A stretch of DNA of 64,000 bases from Eubacteriales bacterium (GCA_045580165.1 JAZNNG010000081.1:9979-73978); one strand, 5' to 3'; shown: positions 36,422-47,357, numbered from the stretch's first letter. Numbers and translations: made by a program. Notes: generated by a model from the letters alone, not told the origin.

Positions 36422-38239
36422 ATGGGCGAGCTTTTAAGGAAAAGCAGAAATACAGACGTTTGCGTTGTAGGCGGAGGACTTGCAGGCACGTTTGCCGCAA
36501 TAGCGGCGGCGCGTACGGGCGCAAAGGTCGTTCTTATGCAGGACAGACCTATGCTCGGAGGTAACGCATCGAGTGAGATAAGAATGTGGGTATCCGGTGC
36601 GGGAAGCCGTGTCAGAAACCTTCAGGAAACGGGAATCATGGAGGAGGTACTGCTTGAGAATATGTACCGCAATCCAACAAGAAACTTCTCCGTGTGGGAT
36701 TCCATTCTTTATGAGAAGGTAAAGGCAGAAGAAAACATTGAGCTTCTTCTCAACTGCGCGTGTTGTGATGCAACGGTAAGCGGCGGCAAAATCGAGAGCG
36801 TAATCGGCTTCCAGCTTACAACCTACACTTGGCAGACGGTAAATGCGAAAATATTCATAGACTGCTCGGGCGACAGTATTCTCGCCGAGCTCAGCGATGC
36901 CGAATACAAGGTAGGCAGAGAGGCAAGAGAGGAATATAACGAAGAATTCGGTCTTGACGTTGCCGACAAGAAAACTATGGGTATGAGCCTTATGATTCAG
37001 GCTCACGAGACCGACCACTACTGTGAGTTCATCGCTCCCGATTGGGCGTATAAATTTGAAACCGATGAGGATATGAAATTCAAGCCTCACGACTGCCTTA
37101 ACAAGATCAACACCAACTTCTACTGGATAGAGCTCGGCGGTGAGGCAGACTCTATTCACGATACCGAGGAAATACGAGATGAGCTTTTGAAAATCGCCTT
37201 CGGTGTATGGGATCATATGAAAAACCGAGGAGATCACGGTGCTGACAACTGGGAGCTTGATTTTATAGGTTTTTTACCCGGCAAAAGAGAAAGCCGCAGA
37301 TACGTGGGCGATTACGTTCTCACACAAAACGACGTTGAAAAAGGTGCAAGCTTCTACGATGAGGTAGCTTACGGCGGTTGGCAGATAGACAATCATCTCC
37401 CCGGCGGCTTTGCAATGTCGGGCAAGGGTGAAAACCACCTTCAGAAGAAGCGTTTGACCGAGCCCTACGGTATTCCGCTTCGCTCGCTTTATTCGGTTAA
37501 CGTCGAAAACCTTATGTTTGCGGGCAGAAACATTAGTGCTTCGCATATTGCCTTTGCAACCGTCAGAGTTATGGCGACCTGCGGCGTGGTCGGTCAAGCT
37601 GCCGGTACTGCGGCGGCTCTTGCGGTAAGATACGGACTCACAATACGAGAGCTCGGCAAGCAGAAGATTGAGGAGCTTCAGGATATTCTTATGGACGACG
37701 ACTGCTTCCTTCCCCACTTCAAGCGCAAAATATCCCCTCTTTGCACAAAGGATAATCTTAGCGCGGTATGGGGTGATGCCTCAAATATTCTAAACGGTGT
37801 AGACAGAAAGATCTGGGGCAACGATAACGGATACTGGGGTATGGTCAACCGTGCGGTCACATACACGTTTGATGAAAAAACTCACGTAGACGAGTTCAGA
37901 CTTATCGTTGACAGCGACCTTGACCGAGAATACACCGAGGGTAATCCCGACGGACTCAATATTTCAACTACTCTTTTCAGGCGTCTTGATTATAACTACA
38001 CCACGTTCGGTTTCCCGAAATGCATGCTTAAATCGTTTAAGATCGAAATTCTGACTGACGGCGGTGAATGGGTGACCGTGTTTGAAACACACGAAAACCA
38101 TCAGCGTATGATAAGAGGAAAAATAAATGCTGACACCAAGGCGGTAAGATTCATCCCTCTCGGAACGTACTACTCCGAGTCGCTTTGGAACGATTACGGA
38201 AGCTCACAGGCTCATATTTTTGCTTTTGAGGTAAAATGA
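36422..38239 (+). CDS. FAD-dependent oxidoreductase (glycan-locus-associated type) with a C-terminal beta-sandwich-like domain
   Basis: Start at ATG 36422 (GGAGG RBS). DVCVVGGGLAGTFAAIAAARTGAKVVLMQDRPMLGGNASSE dinucleotide-binding motif. The ORF-track extension 36308-36421 is leader. Confidence 0.7.
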   Translation: MGELLRKSRNTDVCVVGGGLAGTFAAIAAARTGAKVVLMQDRPMLGGNASSEIRMWVSGAGSRVRNLQETGIMEEVLLENMYRNPTRNFSVWDSILYEKVKAEENIELLLNCACCDATVSGGKIESVIGFQLTTYTWQTVNAKIFIDCSGDSILAELSDAEYKVGREAREEYNEEFGLDVADKKTMGMSLMIQAHETDHYCEFIAPDWAYKFETDEDMKFKPHDCLNKINTNFYWIELGGEADSIHDTEEIRDELLKIAFGVWDHMKNRGDHGADNWELDFIGFLPGKRESRRYVGDYVLTQNDVEKGASFYDEVAYGGWQIDNHLPGGFAMSGKGENHLQKKRLTEPYGIPLRSLYSVNVENLMFAGRNISASHIAFATVRVMATCGVVGQAAGTAAALAVRYGLTIRELGKQKIEELQDILMDDDCFLPHFKRKISPLCTKDNLSAVWGDASNILNGVDRKIWGNDNGYWGMVNRAVTYTFDEKTHVDEFRLIVDSDLDREYTEGNPDGLNISTTLFRRLDYNYTTFGFPKCMLKSFKIEILTDGGEWVTVFETHENHQRMIRGKINADTKAVRFIPLGTYYSESLWNDYGSSQAHIFAFEVK

Positions 38240-38251
38240 ACATAACAACTC

Positions 38252-38296
38252 AAAAAAGCAATGACCGCCGTTATTTTAGGCGGTCATTGCTTTTTT
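38252..38296. terminator. bidirectional rho-independent terminator
   Basis: aaaagcaatgaccgcc / ggcggtcattgctttt 16-bp stem. Overlaps the last codons of the convergent regulator gene. Confidence 0.75.
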
Positions 38297-39090
38297 CTGT
38301 ATTCATTTGGAGTAAATCCCGTACGGCGCTTGAACAGTCGGCAGAAATACGTATAATTGTCTATTCCCACCTGCTCGGCTATTTTATATACCGGCTCGTC
38401 AGTTGACGTAAGAAGCTCCGCGGCTCGTTTTATTCTTGTAACCGTTACGTATTCGTTTACAGTAGTGTGCGCATTCTCTTTGAAGACCTCGTACAGGGTA
38501 TTCTTCGACGTGTGGAAAATCGCGCAAAGTCTGCTTATACCAAGCTCCTCCTGCAGATTCCTATCAATGTATTCGGTTATCTCGTTAAAAAACGTGTCGT
38601 AAACAAGCTCTATGGCACTGTTGAACAGTATGCTCGGCAAGAGGTCGTATAGGGCCGCAAGTCTGTTTTCTTCGAGATATGGAACCTTTTTATAAAGGCG
38701 CTTTAATTCTTTTGCGGTTTCCTCGTCACACTCGGGCAGGTAGACGTCTGTTACGGGAGAGCTTATCGAGCGTATTCTTCCCATAATAACATAAGCCGCC
38801 ACAACTCCGTTCTTGATAACGGGCATCGAGCAATCGTACAGTGAGGCTCTGCATATATGGCTTTCAAGGCTCTTAGAGTCCTTACATCTCATAAGTATTT
38901 TTTCATCACACTCACGGCAAAAGCCGAGCTCGCCTTTAACTCTTTGCAAAAGCGCACAGTAGCTATTATCGGGTGAACAGTTTGTCAAGACTATATATTC
39001 TGTATCAAGCACCGATATGCTTATTCCCGTGAGAGCAGATATATCTCTGACTATACGAGAAAGCTCCTCTACGTTATATTTTATAAACAT
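38284..39090 (-). CDS. PocR-sensor / AraC-HTH transcriptional regulator
   Basis: N-terminal Cys-rich PocR-like segment (FCRECDEKILMRCKDS...HICRASLYDCSMPV) and C-terminal AraC HTH (YFCRLFKRRTGFTPNEYR). Confidence 0.75.
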   Translation of the reverse strand: MFIKYNVEELSRIVRDISALTGISISVLDTEYIVLTNCSPDNSYCALLQRVKGELGFCRECDEKILMRCKDSKSLESHICRASLYDCSMPVIKNGVVAAYVIMGRIRSISSPVTDVYLPECDEETAKELKRLYKKVPYLEENRLAALYDLLPSILFNSAIELVYDTFFNEITEYIDRNLQEELGISRLCAIFHTSKNTLYEVFKENAHTTVNEYVTVTRIKRAAELLTSTDEPVYKIAEQVGIDNYTYFCRLFKRRTGFTPNEYRKKQ

Positions 39091-39221
39091 TTAATCTCAC
39101 CGCCTTGCACTATTATATCACTTTCGGGAAGATTGTGCAACAATATGTGAAAATTTTATATTGCGGTTTTTGTTTATTTAGATTATAATTTACTTATAAG
39201 AAATATTACAAGAGGAATCAA

Positions 39222-40070
39222 ATGCAATATCTGTTTTTATTCACGGTAGTATTCGGTGTTTCGTTCCAGAACGTCATAAAAAAGCCGTATACTCAAAAAA
39301 CACGCGGCAAGGGTGCTTACACCTTCGGTCTGCTTCTCAGTCTTTCAGCCCTGCTTTTCTTTGTATTCACAAGCAAAGGACTGAGCTTTGACCCGAGGCT
39401 TATTCTCTATTCTGCTCTTTTTGCCGCATCCTACATACTCGCAACCGTATTTGCGCTTGAAGCCATTTCCTGCGGCTCGCTGTCTCTCACTGCGCTTATA
39501 ATTTCATACTCGCTTCTGTTGCCGACCGCTTACGGTCTTGTTTTTCTGAAGGACCCCATCGGCAAGTGGTTTATTCCGGGATTTTTACTTCTCGTTATAT
39601 CGCTCTTTCTTACCAATGCAAAAAGTGAAAAGCTCAAGATCAATTTCAAATGGCTGATATTCGTAACCCTTGCATCCGTCGGAAACGGAATGTGCTCGGT
39701 TTCACAAAAGATGCAACAGGTGAAATTTGACGGTGCTTACAAAAATGAGTTTATGGTAATCGCGCTTGCCATCGTTTCGGCTTTTCTCGCGGTCTATTCG
39801 CTGATAAAAGAGAGGCGCGAGATGATGTTCTTCATCAAGGCGGGATGGAAAGAAGCTGTTTTGTGCGGATTTGCAAACGGTGTTGTAAATATGCTCGTTA
39901 TGATACTGTCGGGTACCATGCCTGCGTCGCTTCTCTTTCCGCTTATATCGGGCGGAGGTATTCTCATCACTCACTTAGTCGCGAGGTTCTACTATAAAGA
40001 AAGCTTGTCTAAAACCCAGACCGTCGGATTTGTTATCGGTCTTGTATCTGTTATACTTCTGAATCTTTAA
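39222..40070 (+). CDS. DMT-superfamily (EamA/GlcU-like) 10-TM permease
   Basis: 282 aa with two 5-TM halves. Sits immediately upstream of the 620-aa unknown protein. Confidence 0.6.
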   Translation: MQYLFLFTVVFGVSFQNVIKKPYTQKTRGKGAYTFGLLLSLSALLFFVFTSKGLSFDPRLILYSALFAASYILATVFALEAISCGSLSLTALIISYSLLLPTAYGLVFLKDPIGKWFIPGFLLLVISLFLTNAKSEKLKINFKWLIFVTLASVGNGMCSVSQKMQQVKFDGAYKNEFMVIALAIVSAFLAVYSLIKERREMMFFIKAGWKEAVLCGFANGVVNMLVMILSGTMPASLLFPLISGGGILITHLVARFYYKESLSKTQTVGFVIGLVSVILLNL

Positions 40071-40081
40071 GGAGAATTAAA

Positions 40082-41944
40082 ATGTATAAGATTTCGGTTC
40101 CGCTTTATAATGCCAATATTAAAAGAAACGACAGGGAAAGAGCACTTCAGGAGATTAAGCGCTTTGACACGGAGCGCGTATTCCTCGCTCTTGACAGGTA
40201 TGAGCTTGACGAGGACAAACGAAAGCTTGCAATAAGCGAGCTTGCAGACAACTGCAAATTTTTCAAGGAAAACGGATACGAGATCGGAGCGTGGATATGG
40301 GCGTTCTCTCTTTCGGATAACACCGAGTTTTGTCCTATGCGCACGGCTAAGGGTACGGAGCTCACTGCTAATATGTGCCCGTCGGACGAAAGCTTTGTAA
40401 AGTTTGCCGCAGGCTACATCAAGGACATAGCAAACGTTGGTGTTGACCTCATTATGTTCGACGACGACCTGCGCTACGGTTTTCTCGGCGATTCCCCCGC
40501 TTGTCTGTGTGACGGTCACATAAAAATGATAAATGATATCACAGGAGAAGGTCTTACTCGTGAAGAACTCGAAGAACGCATATTAAAAGGCGGTCCGAAC
40601 AAATACCGCGACGCATTCCTCAAGGCAAACGGTGACGCATTCAGAGGCTTCTGCTCTGCGGTAAGACGCGCGGTAGACGAGGTATCTCCCGACATTCGTA
40701 TGGGCGCGTGTGCGTGTCTGACGTCCTGGGATATAGACGGCACCGACGCGTTTGAGCTTGCAAAGATACTCGCAGGCAAGACACGTCCGTTTGTTCGTCT
40801 TATCGGCGCACCGTACTGGGCTTACAACAGGACCTGGGGTAATCTCCTTCAGGACGTTGTGGAGCTCGAGAGGATGGAGTGCGCGTGGACAAGACTCGGC
40901 GACATCGAAATTATGGCGGAGGGTGACGTTTTCCCCCGACCGAGAAGCACCTGCCCCGCAAGCTACCTTGAGGGCTTTGACACCGCTATCCGTGCAGCAG
41001 GCTGCACCGACGGAATTCTCAAGTATGGAATGGACTACCACTCAAACGCTGACTATGAAACGGGTTATGCCAAGTATCACGAGAGAAACAGAAGCCTGTA
41101 CTCCGCTATCGACCGTATGTTTACGGGAAAGAAAAGCGTGGGTGTCAGAGTCTACGAATCAATGAAAAAAGCCGCGGATACCGTATGCACTACCAAGGTC
41201 AATGATTACACCAATCTTGAAAACCAGTTTTTCTGCAAAGCGGCGCGTACGCTTGCTTTCAATGCAATTCCAACCGTTTACGAGGGTGATGGGGTATGCG
41301 GTATAGCCTTTGACGAAAACGCGAGAAGTCTGCCGCTTGAAGCACTTAAGGACGGCCTTATAATCGACCTTGCCGCAGCGGAGATACTGACAGACCGCGG
41401 CATTGACGTTGGTCTTCTGAAAATAGGTAAACAGACGGGCGGTACTGCCGAGTGTTTCTTACATAACGGCAATAACGTATATACACGAGGTGCGGTTATA
41501 AACGAGGTCGAGGTAAAGGCGAGTGCCGAGATACTCAGTACTGTGGACGGTATTCCCTTCTCATACAGATACGAAAACGCCGACGGTAACAGATTCTTAG
41601 TCCTCAACATCAACACCCGTATCGGAAGTGATAATCTCCTAAAGCATTACGAAAGAAACCGTCAGTATGCTGAAATGGTAAAGTGGCTTTCGGGAAAGGC
41701 TCTCCCCGCTACCGTTTACGGACACCCGTCTCTTTATATTCAGACAAAAAAGGGCGATGACGGCAGTATGTCGGTCGGACTGTGGAATTTCTTTGAAGAC
41801 ACCGCGTTTGAGCCCGTGGTAGAGCTTGACGGCAATTACAGTAACATTGAGTTTGCTAACTGCACGGCAAGGCTTGACGGCGACAAGGTGTATTTATACG
41901 ACATACCGCCTTTCGGATGCGCGGTATTTGAGGTAAGGAAATAG
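40082..41944 (+). CDS. hypothetical cytoplasmic protein, 620 aa (possibly a TIM-barrel glycosidase-like enzyme)
   Basis: AAGGAGA RBS and strong coding character. I do not recognise the family. No signal peptide. Confidence 0.5.
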   Translation: MYKISVPLYNANIKRNDRERALQEIKRFDTERVFLALDRYELDEDKRKLAISELADNCKFFKENGYEIGAWIWAFSLSDNTEFCPMRTAKGTELTANMCPSDESFVKFAAGYIKDIANVGVDLIMFDDDLRYGFLGDSPACLCDGHIKMINDITGEGLTREELEERILKGGPNKYRDAFLKANGDAFRGFCSAVRRAVDEVSPDIRMGACACLTSWDIDGTDAFELAKILAGKTRPFVRLIGAPYWAYNRTWGNLLQDVVELERMECAWTRLGDIEIMAEGDVFPRPRSTCPASYLEGFDTAIRAAGCTDGILKYGMDYHSNADYETGYAKYHERNRSLYSAIDRMFTGKKSVGVRVYESMKKAADTVCTTKVNDYTNLENQFFCKAARTLAFNAIPTVYEGDGVCGIAFDENARSLPLEALKDGLIIDLAAAEILTDRGIDVGLLKIGKQTGGTAECFLHNGNNVYTRGAVINEVEVKASAEILSTVDGIPFSYRYENADGNRFLVLNINTRIGSDNLLKHYERNRQYAEMVKWLSGKALPATVYGHPSLYIQTKKGDDGSMSVGLWNFFEDTAFEPVVELDGNYSNIEFANCTARLDGDKVYLYDIPPFGCAVFEVRK

Positions 41945-41952
41945 TATTTTGC

Positions 41953-41987
41953 AAAACGGAAACGACAAAATTGGCGTTTCCGTTTTT
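41953..41987 (+). terminator. rho-independent terminator
   Basis: aaaacggaaacg / cgtttccgtttt 12-bp stem, then T-run. Confidence 0.8.
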
Positions 41988-42015
41988 GTATTAATCAAAG
42001 GCTTTCTGAAGGTAT

Positions 42016-42137
42016 CCTTGCATTTGACGAAATTTGTGCCGCTTTTTGAAAAAAGCTTGGTAAAAACTTCTATACGCGCGTGAAATTAAACTTTTTTAAA
42101 ATCTCCACCCATACCCTTGCATTTGACGAAATTTGTG
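42016..42137 (+). repeat. 23-bp direct repeat CCTTGCATTTGACGAAATTTGTG, two copies 99 bp apart
   Basis: Copies at 42016-42038 and 42115-42137. The second overlaps a TTGCAT (42117-42122), 16-nt spacer, TGATATAAT (-10 at 42139-42144) promoter for the Nudix gene. Confidence 0.85.
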
Positions 42138-42179
42138 ATATAATAGTATATGATCACACCATAAATTTCGGAGGCTATC

Positions 42180-42632
42180 GTGACGTTCCAGACCAGAAAA
42201 GAAAAATCGTGCGGCGCAGTTGTTATCCGCCGCGTTAAAGGAGGCTGCCTCACTCTCCTTATCCAACACAGAGGCGGTCATTGGGGGTTCCCCAAGGGCC
42301 ACGTTGAGGCAGGCGAAACAGAAGAACAGACCGCAATAAGAGAGATCCGCGAGGAAACGGGTCTTGAGGTCGAGCTTGACAACAACTTCAGACAAAGCGT
42401 AGTATATTCCCCTCGCGAATACATACAAAAAGAAGTTATCTACTTCACAGCAATAACAGACACCCGCGAGACGATTCCCCAACCCGAAGAAATTCGCCGT
42501 GCCGAGTGGTTCACGTTTGACGAGGCAAGCGCTCAGCTTACTCACGACAATGATATTCAGATTCTTCGTAATGCTCAAAAATATTGGAAGCAAAAGCTTG
42601 CCGATGAATACGCATCAGGCGGTAAACTCTAA
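42180..42632 (+). CDS. NUDIX hydrolase (Ap4A-hydrolase-like)
   Basis: GTG start after GGAGG. Nudix box GHWGFPKGHVEAGETEEQTAIREIREETG. Confidence 0.8.
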   Translation: MTFQTRKEKSCGAVVIRRVKGGCLTLLIQHRGGHWGFPKGHVEAGETEEQTAIREIREETGLEVELDNNFRQSVVYSPREYIQKEVIYFTAITDTRETIPQPEEIRRAEWFTFDEASAQLTHDNDIQILRNAQKYWKQKLADEYASGGKL

Positions 42633-43129
42633 TGAATGACATCAACATTGCTCTTATTGAGCCCGAGATCCCACAGAATACCGGAAATATTGCAAGGACC
42701 TGCGCAGCTGTCGGCGCGTCGCTCCATTTAGTAAAGCCTATGGGCTTTACCGTGGACGACAAGAAGCTTAAGCGTGCAGGTCTTGATTATTGGCACGAGC
42801 TTGATATCACCTACTACGAAAATCTCGATGAATTTCTTGAGATAAACAAGAATGAAAAAATGTTCTTTTTCTCAACCAAGGCTCCGAGAGCTTACACAGA
42901 GGTAACTTATCCGAAGCGCGTTTTCCTTGTTTTCGGCAAGGAGACGAAGGGGCTTCCCGAGACACTGCTTCAGAAAAATCCCGACAACTGTGTACGCATT
43001 CCGATGCGTGACAAATTAAGGAGTCTTAATCTCTCAAACTCTGCGGCAATAGCCGTTTATGAGGCTTTGCGTCAGCGCGGATTTGAAAATTTACGTGAGG
43101 ACGGTGTGCCGACGACGTTCGAGTGGTAA
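42632..43129 (+). CDS. trmL: tRNA (cytidine/uridine-34 2'-O)-methyltransferase, SpoU/TrmL type
   Basis: IALIEPEIPQNTGNIARTCAAVGASLHLV and LNLSNSAAIAVYEALRQ SPOUT motifs. TAATG overlap with the upstream gene. Confidence 0.8.
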   Translation: MNDINIALIEPEIPQNTGNIARTCAAVGASLHLVKPMGFTVDDKKLKRAGLDYWHELDITYYENLDEFLEINKNEKMFFFSTKAPRAYTEVTYPKRVFLVFGKETKGLPETLLQKNPDNCVRIPMRDKLRSLNLSNSAAIAVYEALRQRGFENLREDGVPTTFEW

Positions 43130-43233
43130 GTTTTAGTGAGTGTTTTTTCCTTTTTTGGCGAATAATTTACGAATGGCGGCGTTAAGGTTACGCCAAGTTC
43201 GCAAAATTATCCGACAGGAAAGGAAACGAAATT

Positions 43234-44265
43234 ATGAAAAGAAAGCTTACACTCTCGCTCGTAATTCTCACAATTTGTTCTCTTTTACTCGCATCCTGCG
43301 GCTCTATGACAGAAGCGCAAAACAGTTATGCCGCATACGATAAGGTATACCGTAAAGATGCCGCTGAGATGGAAATGTACGATTACGTTTTAGAAGAAGC
43401 TGCAACCGAAGCTCCTCAGAGCGTATATTACAGCTCGACCACAAGTGCCGATACGGATTACAAGAGCAAGGAAAACGGTCTTGCCGCCGGCACATCAGAC
43501 GGTGGAACGGGCGCTCTTGTTGAAACCTACAGAATGATCATTTACAGATCAAACTACGAAATTCAAACAAAGGATTATCCCGCGTCGGTTGCGGCTCTCA
43601 AGGCTCTTTGCACAAAGTATGAGGCTTATTTTGAAAGTGCGAACACCTACGGTAACGAATCGACCTCAAGAAGCTCTAACTACGTTATAAGAGTTCCCGT
43701 AAAGAACTACTCTGCCTTTACAGGTGAAGCGGGTAACATCGGCGTTATAGTTTCCTCAAGCGAATACAACGAGGACATCACCGACAAATACGTTGATACC
43801 GAAGCAAGACTTGAAAGCGCAAGGATCAGAGAAGAAAGAGTTCTTAAAATTCTTGAAAACGCAGACAAGCTTGACGACGTGCTCGCTCTTGAAAGAGAGC
43901 TTTCGGACATCAGATACGAAATAGAGTCTTTAACAGGCTCACTTCGCAAGTACGACTCACTCGTAACCTACTCTACCGTAAACCTCTCCATACGTGAGGT
44001 CAAATCCATCGTTACTCCTCCTGCCGAGGTGCTTACGTTTGGCGAACGCGTTGGCGTTGCGTTCACACGAGGACTTGAAAACGTTCAGAATGATTTTGAA
44101 AACCTCATTGTTGACCTTTCATACAACTTTATCGGCGTTATCGTATGGATAATTATTATAGCGGTTGTTATCGTTCTTATAATCTCAATAAAGAGAAAAA
44201 TCAAGAAGAAGACTGCGCCAAAGCCCGAAGCAAAGGCTGAAGTCGAAGAAAAAGGCAAAGAATAA
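43234..44265 (+). CDS. DUF4349-like lipoprotein with a C-terminal TM helix
   Basis: Lipobox LLLASC. Coiled-coil core TEARLESARIREERVLKILENADKLDDVLALERELSDIRYEIESL. C-terminal TM helix and a Lys/Glu-rich tail. Confidence 0.6.
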   Translation: MKRKLTLSLVILTICSLLLASCGSMTEAQNSYAAYDKVYRKDAAEMEMYDYVLEEAATEAPQSVYYSSTTSADTDYKSKENGLAAGTSDGGTGALVETYRMIIYRSNYEIQTKDYPASVAALKALCTKYEAYFESANTYGNESTSRSSNYVIRVPVKNYSAFTGEAGNIGVIVSSSEYNEDITDKYVDTEARLESARIREERVLKILENADKLDDVLALERELSDIRYEIESLTGSLRKYDSLVTYSTVNLSIREVKSIVTPPAEVLTFGERVGVAFTRGLENVQNDFENLIVDLSYNFIGVIVWIIIIAVVIVLIISIKRKIKKKTAPKPEAKAEVEEKGKE

Positions 44266-44273
44266 TAAAGAGC

Positions 44274-44308
44274 AAAAAAGAACGGCGAATTTTCGCCGTT
44301 CTTTTTTT
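44274..44308. terminator. bidirectional rho-independent terminator
   Basis: aaaaaagaacggcgaa / ttcgccgttctttttt between convergent genes. Confidence 0.8.
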
Positions 44309-44309
44309 A

Positions 44310-44945
44310 TTATTTTGCACTGTCTGCGATAAACTTTTCTATGCCCTTATCTGTAAGGGGATGCTTGATCATTTGAAGTATCACCTTATAAGGAATAGTG
44401 GAAATATCCGCACCTGCAAGTGCTGCCCTTACGGCATCCTGCGGTCCTCTGATGCTTGCTGCAATTATCTCGGTTTCTATACCGTAAATGTCAAAAATTT
44501 TAGCAATTTCTTCGACAAGCTCCGAGCCATCATCGGATATGTCATCAAGTCTGCCGATAAACGGACTGACAAAGCTTGCACCTGCTCTTGCCGCAAGTAT
44601 TGCCTGCGAAGGACTGAATATAAGCGTTACGTTTGTACGTATGCCCCTTTTCTTAAGTGCCGAAACCGCTTTAAGCCCTTCTTCACAGATCGGTATCTTA
44701 ATTACGATATTGGAGTGGATCGATGCAAGCTCCGCGGCTTCTCTTATCATTCCTTCCGCGTCTGAGGACATTACTTCAGCGCTTATAGGGCCGTCAACAA
44801 TTAATGCTATTTCCTTTATAACATCTTCAATATTTCTGCCCTCTTTAGCAATCAACGAGGGATTTGTGGTAACTCCGCTGATAATCCCAAGCTCTGCCGC
44901 TGCCCTTATTTCTTCTACATTGGCAGTATCAACAAAAATCTTCAT
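44310..44945 (-). CDS. short transaldolase-family enzyme (fructose-6-phosphate aldolase / transaldolase)
   Basis: [36 protein letters not shown] plus Schiff-base Lys context IVIKIP. 211 aa. Confidence 0.82.
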   Translation of the reverse strand: MKIFVDTANVEEIRAAAELGIISGVTTNPSLIAKEGRNIEDVIKEIALIVDGPISAEVMSSDAEGMIREAAELASIHSNIVIKIPICEEGLKAVSALKKRGIRTNVTLIFSPSQAILAARAGASFVSPFIGRLDDISDDGSELVEEIAKIFDIYGIETEIIAASIRGPQDAVRAALAGADISTIPYKVILQMIKHPLTDKGIEKFIADSAK

Positions 44946-44962
44946 ATATTTTCCCTTTAGTA

Positions 44963-47197
44963 TCAGTTATTGACCTTTATCCATATCTCGTTGCCGTCTT
45001 TATCAAGTTGACACTTATGCTCAGTCGCTGCTTCGAGAATATACGCATACGCCCAATGATTGTCGGCTACGTCCGCAAAGCCTGTAACGCCTGCTGCGTC
45101 GATAGCCGCCTTTGTGGGTGTTCTGTCGAGAGCCACACAAAGTATCTTAACTACCTCTGAGCGCTTTATCTTTCCATCGGGATCAAAGGTGGTTGCGGTC
45201 TTACCGTTTACAAGACCCGCCTTTGCCGCCTTCATTATAGCGGTATATCTTTCGTGCGTTTCGGGTACGTCGGTGAACACGACCTCCTTACTGTTGTCAA
45301 CCTTGCCCATTCTGTATACTAGATCAACGAATTCTGCTCTTGTTATGGGCTGATCGGGATTAAAGTCACCCTTAAAATTATAGAGGTAACCAAACTGATC
45401 GAGATATGCAACGTAGTCGTAGTACCAAGCGCCTTCCTTTACGTCGGCATACTTCGTCTTGTACTTACCCTTGATTCTGTCCTCGGTCGTCAAAACTCTT
45501 GCTACTACCGCGCAAGCCTCGGCGCGTGTCATATTGTTATCGGGCTTGAAGAGGTTTCCGTCATATCCGTTTACAAATGTCTTATCAAGGCGGCTGCCGT
45601 CGGTTACTTCAACAACGCCAAGCTCTACGAGCTTGTCAAGAACGTAGCTTGCGATTATCTTGTGGCCCTTTCCACTCGGATGGAGACCGTCGGGGAGAAG
45701 ATCGGATTCGCATACCGCATCGTGCCACTTGCCGTTTGCATCCTTACCTGCAGGAGATACGACCTTACTTGTAAAATCAAGCTCCTCAGGTGTGTAGAGG
45801 TCGATTACGGGAATATTATATATCTTACCGAGCTCTATTACTGCATTTGCGTAGTCATTTAACGTAGCGCCTTTACCGTTCTTGCTTGCGGGAGTCTGAC
45901 CGCCCTCACATCTCTTTATTGGAGTAAGGAATACTATCTGCTTATCGGGATACTTTTCTATAAGTCCTTCCATAAGAAGACGTATACCGCCCACGTAAGT
46001 GTTAAGCGTACGGTCATTCAACGAACCTACTGCAAAAGCACTACCCCAGTCGTTTGTTCCGCCCTTTACGATTATAAGGTCGGAGTTAGCCGACATATTC
46101 TGATATCTTTCGATGAAAGAGTCTGTTCTGCCGGAACGCGGAAGCACGGTCGTGCCTGAGATACCGCTGTCAATGTTCTTGACGTAGTAATCAGATGCCC
46201 ACCAATCGTGGAAGTTCTTTCCGCCGTCGGGACTGGGTGCGTAGGTAGTGATGGAGTCACCAAGACAGTTTACTACGGGAAGATCTGTGATCTTCATTCC
46301 CGTCTTTCTTCCAAACTCAACGGGAGCAAGCTTTTCTGCAAGCACGTAAACCTTACAGGTAGCACCGTTTGCGCTAATTGTTGCAACACCTGCGGATTTT
46401 GCAGTAACCGTACCGTCAGCGGCAACCGAAGCAATAGCTTCGTTATCGCTTACATAATTCAAAAAAGATGCTTCTTTACCATTCGTGGTAATCACGTTGA
46501 GCTTGAAGGTATCACCTGCAACGAGTCTTATTACCTGTTCAGCAAACTGAATATCAGAGCTGACGTTAACTTCGACCTTCAATTCTCCTGGAGTGTACTT
46601 AAAATCCTTCATTGCTTTCTCTGTCTTAAAAAATCCTATGTATTCTACGTCGAAATATTCGTCTGCATTCGCAACGTTTCCCGTGTTACTCCAAAGAGGA
46701 ATATAAACCGAGGTTGCCACTGCACTCGTTCCGTACGAACCATCGTATTTACCCGTACCGATAGCATTCTTACCGACGGTTCTTTCCTGCGCAAAGAATA
46801 TCTTTGCTTCTCTTGTGTAGGTTCCACCCGCGGTGGTAAGGTTAAAATTGAGGTTAGGAGCCACTATATTAGTTTTGTAAGAAATGGCTACGAAGGGATA
46901 TTCGGTGAGGTTGATATTATCAACTGCGATAATAAGTCTGTCCGCTGCCGACGATGCAGTGCCTGAATTTGTAGGTACAAATCTGACAACACCATCGTTG
47001 TATTCACCCATAACGTTTCCGCCGGTTATCTTGCCGTTAGGCTCATCGGGTATGGAAGTAATAATACGTCCGTCGGACGCAATATCCTCTGCAGTATAAA
47101 TTATAGCATCGTCTGCAGCCGAGGCTATAAGAGCACTCGCCGCAACGACGCACAGAATAAGCGCAACGATAACGGCATTTCTAAAAATTCTCTTCAT
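44963..47197 (-). CDS. secreted SLH-anchored SGNH/GDSL hydrolase: signal peptide, one copy of the uncharacterised ~180-aa module, Big_2-like Ig domain, SGNH esterase, three SLH repeats
   Basis: Signal peptide [27 protein letters not shown]. Module ends [23 protein letters not shown] blocks [15 protein letters not shown] and [13 protein letters not shown] repeats [38 protein letters not shown] and [20 protein letters not shown]. Confidence 0.8.
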   Translation of the reverse strand: MKRIFRNAVIVALILCVVAASALIASAADDAIIYTAEDIASDGRIITSIPDEPNGKITGGNVMGEYNDGVVRFVPTNSGTASSAADRLIIAVDNINLTEYPFVAISYKTNIVAPNLNFNLTTAGGTYTREAKIFFAQERTVGKNAIGTGKYDGSYGTSAVATSVYIPLWSNTGNVANADEYFDVEYIGFFKTEKAMKDFKYTPGELKVEVNVSSDIQFAEQVIRLVAGDTFKLNVITTNGKEASFLNYVSDNEAIASVAADGTVTAKSAGVATISANGATCKVYVLAEKLAPVEFGRKTGMKITDLPVVNCLGDSITTYAPSPDGGKNFHDWWASDYYVKNIDSGISGTTVLPRSGRTDSFIERYQNMSANSDLIIVKGGTNDWGSAFAVGSLNDRTLNTYVGGIRLLMEGLIEKYPDKQIVFLTPIKRCEGGQTPASKNGKGATLNDYANAVIELGKIYNIPVIDLYTPEELDFTSKVVSPAGKDANGKWHDAVCESDLLPDGLHPSGKGHKIIASYVLDKLVELGVVEVTDGSRLDKTFVNGYDGNLFKPDNNMTRAEACAVVARVLTTEDRIKGKYKTKYADVKEGAWYYDYVAYLDQFGYLYNFKGDFNPDQPITRAEFVDLVYRMGKVDNSKEVVFTDVPETHERYTAIMKAAKAGLVNGKTATTFDPDGKIKRSEVVKILCVALDRTPTKAAIDAAGVTGFADVADNHWAYAYILEAATEHKCQLDKDGNEIWIKVNN

Positions 47198-47357
47198 AAA
47201 AACAAACTCCTCTTACTTTATAAAAAGTATATATCATTGTACAATATCAAAGCCAAAAATGCAACAACTCTCTCATCTTCGGCTCACAAATTCTACGATT
47301 TTTACGAAGCGGTCTCTGCTTTTTTGTGTGATTTATCAAAAAACTTTTCCCGCTTTT

